NCBI RefSeq assembly: GCF_009914755.1
Contig: NC_060932.1
Reading direction: 5' to 3' (one strand)
From: the human T2T-CHM13v2.0 reference genome, Homo sapiens
DNA length: 64,000 nt
The notes under the pieces were generated by a model that worked only from the letters and a program-made list of their open reading frames with translations, did not search any database and was not told the DNA's origin. The first letter of the stretch is position 1. Each line of letters begins with the position of its first letter. Both the position numbers and the translations under genes were made by a program. Shown here in pieces: positions 57,878 through 64,000 of this stretch.

Positions 57878-59184
57878 GAAGAAGAAAACAGAAAGACCAG
57901 CCTGCTGGGTGGATGTCTTCCTCCCAAAGTAGTCGAGACCAGGGATTCTGAGGAATAGTTTTCCATTTATCCTTCATCATCTCCATTCAACAGGGCCGCT
58001 GAGCTCCAGATGAGCATGGAAAGATGGAGGAGCTGCCAAACCTGACTTTGGAGGCCCTGGTCAGGAGCCCGTTGGAGGCCTTCCAGTTTTACACCCTTTG
58101 TGAATTTGTCCGTGGGGTGGGTTTGTTCTGACGCCATGAGTAGCTTCCACTGGAAAAGGCACCATCTCCACCCAACATTTTAGGTATGCTGGTGCATTGG
58201 GAGGACATTCTTGGTGCCAATAATCGTCTGAACATTCTTTGCTATCCTTTGGTAGAGGCTCTATTTACCACAATGAAGAGTAGAAAGATTATGATGTGAG
58301 TGTGTTTTGGTGTGTGTGTGTGTGTGTGTGTATGTGTGTGACTATTAGTGAAAACTGCTAGTAGTATGTCAGTGTGGAGAGAAATTCAGTCCTCCCGCAA
58401 GTGGTGAGGCTCAATATTAAGGGACAGAACATCAGTGAGCACCACATTAAGGCACTATTCTCGACATCTGGGAAGAAGCAAAGAAAAATGTGTCATGCCT
58501 CTTACCTTTTAGGGACTTATAATACAGGAAAGAGAAGACTTGTATAAATGGCTAAAAATATACTGAGGAGTATAACTAATAACTAATGCAGAGTGTGCTG
58601 GTAAAAGGTTGTGTGGGTTCAGGAATGTCAAAAGTTGCAGCTGCTGTGAAAGCCAATATGGCGGGTCCTCAAAAAATTAAATGTAGAATTACCATATGAC
58701 TCGGCAACTCCACTTCCGGGTATGTTCTTAAAACGATTGAAAGCAGAGACTCAGACAGATAATTGCACACCCATGTTCAGAGCAGCATTATTCACAATCG
58801 CCAAAATGTGGAAGCAACCCAAGTGTCCACTGGCCAATGAATGAATGAGTAAAACATGCTATGTATCAACAGTAGAATATTATTCAACCTTAAAAGGAAA
58901 CAAATTCTGGTACGTGTTACAACATAGATGAACCTTGAGTGGAAGAAGAAAACAGAAAGAGCAGTCCGCTGGGTGGATGTCTTCTTCCCAAAGTAGTTGG
59001 GATCAGGAATGCTGAGAAACAATTCCCCATTCATCCTTCAACATCTCCATTCAACAGGGCCACTGAGCTCCAGGATGAGCATGGAAGGATGGAGGAGCTG
59101 CCAAGCTTGACCTTGGGGACCCAGGTCAGGAGCCTTCTGGAGACCTTCCAGTTTTATGCCCTTCGTGAATTTGTTTGTGGGATG
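57878..59184 (+). repeat. Dispersed direct repeat of about 242 bp (57878-58119 and 58942-59184)
   Basis: Manual alignment gives about 35 differences in 243 positions (about 86% identity), mostly transitions. Confidence 0.95.
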
Positions 59185-59482
59185 AACTCTATGAAGTGAA
59201 CTAAACCAATCACACACAAAAAATAAAACTGTATGATTCCACTTATATGAGGCACCTAGTCAAATTCAGAGACAGAAATAAAAATGGGGGTTGATAGGAG
59301 AGGGGAGGATGGAAGAGTGGGAAGTTACTGTCAATGGGAACAGAGTTTCAGTTTTGCAAAAGAGTTCTGGAAATGAATGGGGTAATGACTGCACAACACT
59401 GTGAAGGTACTTAATGCCCCTGAACCACATACTTAAAAAATGATTAAGATGGTAAATTTTATGTAAGTGTATTTTACCACAT
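58635..59482 (+). mobile_element. L1MB-like 3' portion, split by the duplicated segment
   Basis: AGAATTACCATATGAC...GGAAGCAACCCAAGTGTCCA...GATGAACCTTGA | AAGTGAA...TGATTCCACTTATATGAGG...TTTTACCACA. Confidence 0.85.
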
Positions 59483-60559
59483 TTTTTTTTCAAATTCATG
59501 TAGTTTCAGATGAGACTTTATAGAAAAGGTGGCACCGAGCTGCCTGAAAGAATAGATGAATTTCAGTATATAAAGAAGAGGAAGAAGGACATTAGAGACC
59601 AGGGGAAGGACATGAAAGGATCAAAGGCAGTGAAGTATCCATGGGTACGCACAGTGAGTGGTTTAAGTTTCCTGGAACAAAGGGTTCCAGAAGGAAAACA
59701 AGGTCAGCCAGCCATTGAAATCCAGACAATGGCGAGCCTTGAAGGCTAGACTAGGGAGTTTGGATTTTATTCTCTAAGTCAGCGCATCCACCGTTTCCAT
59801 AGTGTTCCACAGGACACTAATTCTATGAGATGCTCTGAAAAAAGCAGAGGAAGGGAGCCATGGACAAACAGGTTTGAGAAAGGCTGCATAGCCCTATGGC
59901 CAATTTGCCGTGCACGCTAGCTTACATTGGTAAATCCTGACGTAAAGATATCTGCCTCATTTTGCTACAGTCAGTGTTGCCCAAACTTGTTGGATTATGC
60001 TGCCCTGGGATTCTCGTGACACCTATTAACATCCTTCAAAAGCATTCCACATGTTTAGAGAAACGTCTCCCTAGGAAAGGCAGCTATTGGAGCTTTTTAG
60101 CAGAGGCATTTACATGGTCAGAGTGCTGCTTTAGGAAGGCTAATCAGATGGCAGATTGCTGCTTGGATTGAGGGGGACAGAGACAAATGACTAGAACTGT
60201 GGATATGTCATTAAGGACTGGCGCATGTCAGATTTCTAGTGTCCGAAACACCGAACAGATATTTCAAGCACCGAGAAGACACCCTGTTACTGAGATCAAA
60301 TGCTGGCAATCAGCCGACTCCTCCGCCTTCCCCAGATTTTGACTCATCCTACCCTGAAGCACATAGGATCCACCATGGGTTCACGCCCCTCCGTGTCTCT
60401 CAGCCCCCAGAGGCACATGAAGTGGTGCGTTGGAGTGACTGGTGCCAGCTCATGGAAGCCGCTACCTGGGAGTTTCCCAAGAACCATTAGTAGAAGCCTG
60501 CCATGGTGGGGCCACCTATACCGTGGAAATCAGCCAATGCTACAAATGAGAGCTTTTGT

Positions 60560-62545
60560 TTGGGGGGGATCCATCTACCAGCACACAACTGACCAGGTGC
60601 CAAGTCGGGATTAAATGTGTAAAGGTTATATTAGAGAAAGCACTTGTGTGAGGAAAAAAAAATGGGAAGGGAGGTAAGATAGGCTGCGATGGCGTGTCCG
60701 ACAGCAAACCAGGGAAGGGAAGAGAGAGGAGAGAGGGAAAGGAGGTGGCGTGGACGTGTCCCAGACTGCATGCCCTCTAAGGAAGGGTCAGCGAGTCCTC
60801 CAGCCAAAGTCAGCTATCCGTGGATGTCTTCCAGGAACCGGCGTTAGATCCTTGCAGCAGTCAGCCACTCACAGGGAGCTGCCCGCGGGGAGGGCAGCCC
60901 AGGGCACACAGCCATGGATGTCTGCGCGCAGCCGCCTGGGCCCTTGATTTGTTGACGCTTCTCGTTGATGATGGTCCGTGAGACGCATGCTCATTACCAC
61001 CACCGCCCACCCCTTGCCCCACACAGATCTATTTCTCCAACCAGGAAAGTTCAGAAAGCAGCTCCTCCAGGGTTCCCAGGGGCCTTTCTTCCTGAGCGAC
61101 AAACCACAGCCCCCGTGACGGCCGAGGGTCTTGGAGCATCCTAACTCCTCCTCCGCCCTGCATTTAAATTCCCCTCACCCTCAGCTATCAGGTCAGCAGG
61201 TGTCGGTAGCTTACCTGATGGGATGACCCTCATTCCTGAAGGGTCTAAATTAGAATCATACCCTGCTCAGTCTGGAGTGACTGCACCTGCGTATTCACAG
61301 TTACAAGTGGGTGAGGGAGCCGCAGGAGGCACCTGAGCCCAGCCCCTGGGTTCTGCCCCTGTTCCTCCCCGCCCCCACTAGGTAAAAGAGCCCCTGCCTC
61401 CTGCTGCTGATTAGGTCAATAACGCATGCCAATAAGATGATTTCCCTTTTAACCTGCTGATCCTTGCGAACGAGGCATCCTGAGTGTCCCGGCAGCAGCT
61501 TCCACTTGCCGTTCAACAAGACCCTTACTGTGTCTCCTGGCCAGAGTGTGTCCTCTTTTGGATCCGGACCTCCAACCCTGCAGAACCCAGAGTGGCAGAG
61601 CAGGAAGTCCCAAATCCCCCAGTGGGTCTTAGAGACTGGTGGTAAGTCACCTCTGCTTCTACTCCTTGGTTTCCAGACTCATGGGTCTTTCCTTTTGGGG
61701 ACACACTGACATATACAAGTCTTTGCACACTGAAGGATGGTACTTCGTCCTTGTGGGGGTTTCCTCTGAGCCAGCACTTCAGTTGCTCCTTGAAAAGGCC
61801 ATGCCAGCATTCTATGAGGCCAGCTGCCCTAGGGGGTTGCAGTGTGTGATGCAGTGAGCGAACCCCATGGTCATGGGCTATGAGGTGTGTCTCTTAGTTG
61901 GCTGTTGTGCTGTGTCGGACTCATGGCTATGGCTCAGGCATTCTATAAGCCCCCAGATGGTAGTGCTGGCTGAGATGCTCTGGGCAGGAAAGGCAGATCC
62001 ATTCCCAAAGTATCTACACCTGTGAAGACAAACCACTGGCCCTTTTAGGTTGGTGTCCTAGGGTAATAGCGCCGTAGCAGGCGCAACTCTGCTGCTGACA
62101 TTCAGAGGCACAGTGGCTAGATTGGTAAGCCGGAGCCATGCCGTTGACCTCTTATAGCCTCCATCTCCACACCTCAGCCATCTATCTGTTCGTGTTCCTG
62201 TCATGCCAGTTCTGGGGTGGACACTGACAGCCAGCATCACTGGGCCAAGTCATCTTGTCTAATTGATTGTTCAGAGGCTCTTCCATGATGGATGTGTCCT
62301 AGTGGACATGAATATGTGCAACAGAATCCTTCACACTGTATGCCCACTCTCAAGTGTACGTTCACACACCTCAGCCCCAGACCTCCTTAGTCACTATCCA
62401 GGATTTGCACAAATTCTCATGTTGGGCCACTTTTATTTCCCTATGCAAAGGGTTGATGACACGGTGCACTGTTCACAACCCTGTCTGCCGGGAAGAGCTT
62501 ATCTCTCCACTGAGTTTCAGGGACACCCCTAAATCTGACTGTCAT
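60560..62545 (-). mobile_element. Degenerate ERVL provirus remnant (LTR-like part plus pol internal sequence)
   Basis: Minus strand at about 62295-62397 translates as IVTKEVWG*GV*TYT*EWAYSVKDSVAHIHVH*, which resembles the ERVL RNase H motif KEVWGRGMW.DL.EWA..VKIFVSHVNAHQ; multiple stops. Confidence 0.7.
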
Positions 62546-62549
62546 CTGT

Positions 62550-64000
62550 TATTTTTCATTTTTATTTATTTTTATTATTATACTTTAAGTTCTGGGGTAC
62601 ATGTGCAGAAAATGCAGGTTTGTTTCGTAGGTATATACGTGCCATGGTGGTTTGCTGCACCCATTAACCTGTCATCCACATTAGGTATTTCTCTTAATAC
62701 TATACCTCCCCTAGCCCCCCACTTGCTGATAGGCCCCAGTGAGTGATGTTCCCTTCCCTGTGTCCATGTGTTCTCATTGTTCAACTCCCACTTATGACTG
62801 AGAAGATGCAGTGTTTGGTTTTCTATTCTTGTGTTAGTTTGCTGAGAATGATGGTTTCCAGCTTCATCCATGTCCCTGCAAAGGACATAAACTCATTTTT
62901 TATGGCTGCGTAGCATTCCATAGTGCATATGTGCCACATTTTCTTTATCCATTCTATCATTGATGGGCATTTGGGTTGCTTCCAAGTCTTTCCTATTGTG
63001 AATAGTGCCTCAGTAAACATATGTGTGCATGTGTCTTTTATAGCAGAATGACTTATAAATTTTGGGTATATACCCAGTAATGGGATTGCTGAGTCAAATG
63101 GTATTTCTGGTTCTAAATCCTTGAGAAATCGCCACACTGTCTTCCACAATGGTTGAACTAATTTACACTCCCACCAAGAGTGTAAAAGCATTCCTATTTC
63201 TCCACATCCTGTCCAGCATCTGTTGTTTCCTGACTTTTTAATGATTGCCATTCTAACTGGCGTGAGATGGTATCTCATTGTGGTTTTGATTTGCATTTCT
63301 CTAACAATGAGTGATGATAACTTTTTTTCATATGTTTGTTGGCAGCATCAATGTCTTCTTTTGAGAAGTGTCTGTTCATATCTTTCACCCACTTTTTGAT
63401 GGGGTTGTTTATTTTCTTGTAAATTTGTTTAAGTTCTTTGTAAATTCTGGATATTAGCCCTTTGTCAGATGTACAGATTGCAAAAATTTTCTCCCATTCT
63501 GTAGATTGCCTGTTCACTCTGATAACAGTTTCTTTTGCTGTGCAGAAGCTCTTTAGTTTAATTAGATCCCATTTGTCAATTTTGGCTTTTGTTGCCCTTG
63601 CTTTTGATGTTTTAGTCATGAAGTCTTTGCCCAGGCCTAGATCCTGAATGGTATTGCCTAGGTTTTTCTTCTAGGGTTTTTATGGTTTTAGGTCTTACGT
63701 TTAAGTCTTTAATCCACTTTGGGTTAATTTTTGTAAGGTGTAAGGAAGGGGTCCAGTTTCAGTTTTCTGCATGTGGCTAGCCAGTTTTCTCAACACCATT
63801 TATTAAATAGGGAATCCTTTCCCCATTGCTTGTTTTTGTCAGGTTTGCCAAAGATCAGATGGTTATAGATGTGTGGTGCTATTTCTGAGGCCTCTGTTCT
63901 GTTCCTTTGGTCTATATATCTGTTTTGGTAACAGTACCGTGTTCTTTTGGTTACTGTAGCCTTGTAGTATAGTTTGAAGTCAAGTAGCATGATGCCTCCA
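62550..64000 (-). mobile_element. L1PA 3' UTR and frameshifted ORF2 C-terminus, running off the window
   Basis: ORFs 63790-63990, 63275-63619 and 62823-63296 are L1 ORF2p pieces (e.g. [21 protein letters not shown]). Confidence 0.97.

Noticed and set aside
62823-63990. L1 ORF2 fragments as functional CDS
   Set aside because: Split by frameshifts and stops; a dead L1.

Overview
Human (or very close great-ape) DNA with no protein-coding gene that I can support. Its centre is the MIR124-1 hairpin (41486-41570, + strand), which places it at the 8p23.1 MIR124-1HG/LINC00599/RNCR3 locus; this identification is from my recall of the miR-124-1 precursor, not a database search. The hairpin lies at the 3' edge of a CpG island (about 37.4-41.9 kb), directly after a CU-rich tract and an AG splice acceptor. 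A plausible host poly(A) signal is at 44874, and a strong REST/RE1 site lies about 21.7 kb upstream. About 17 kb around the miRNA has no Alu, whereas the flanks carry about 24 Alus, L1s, MaLR/ERVL LTRs, an ERVL internal remnant and DNA transposons. I found no evidence of a wholly new biological system. The most unusual observations are: three apparently locally templated insertions inside old transposons (one with a fold-back), a U13 snoRNA retrocopy sharing one TSD with an AluJ, an excess of miR-124 seed matches downstream of the hairpin, and an (ATC)n-derived hydrophobic smORF. Repeat subfamily names and many boundaries are by-eye estimates.
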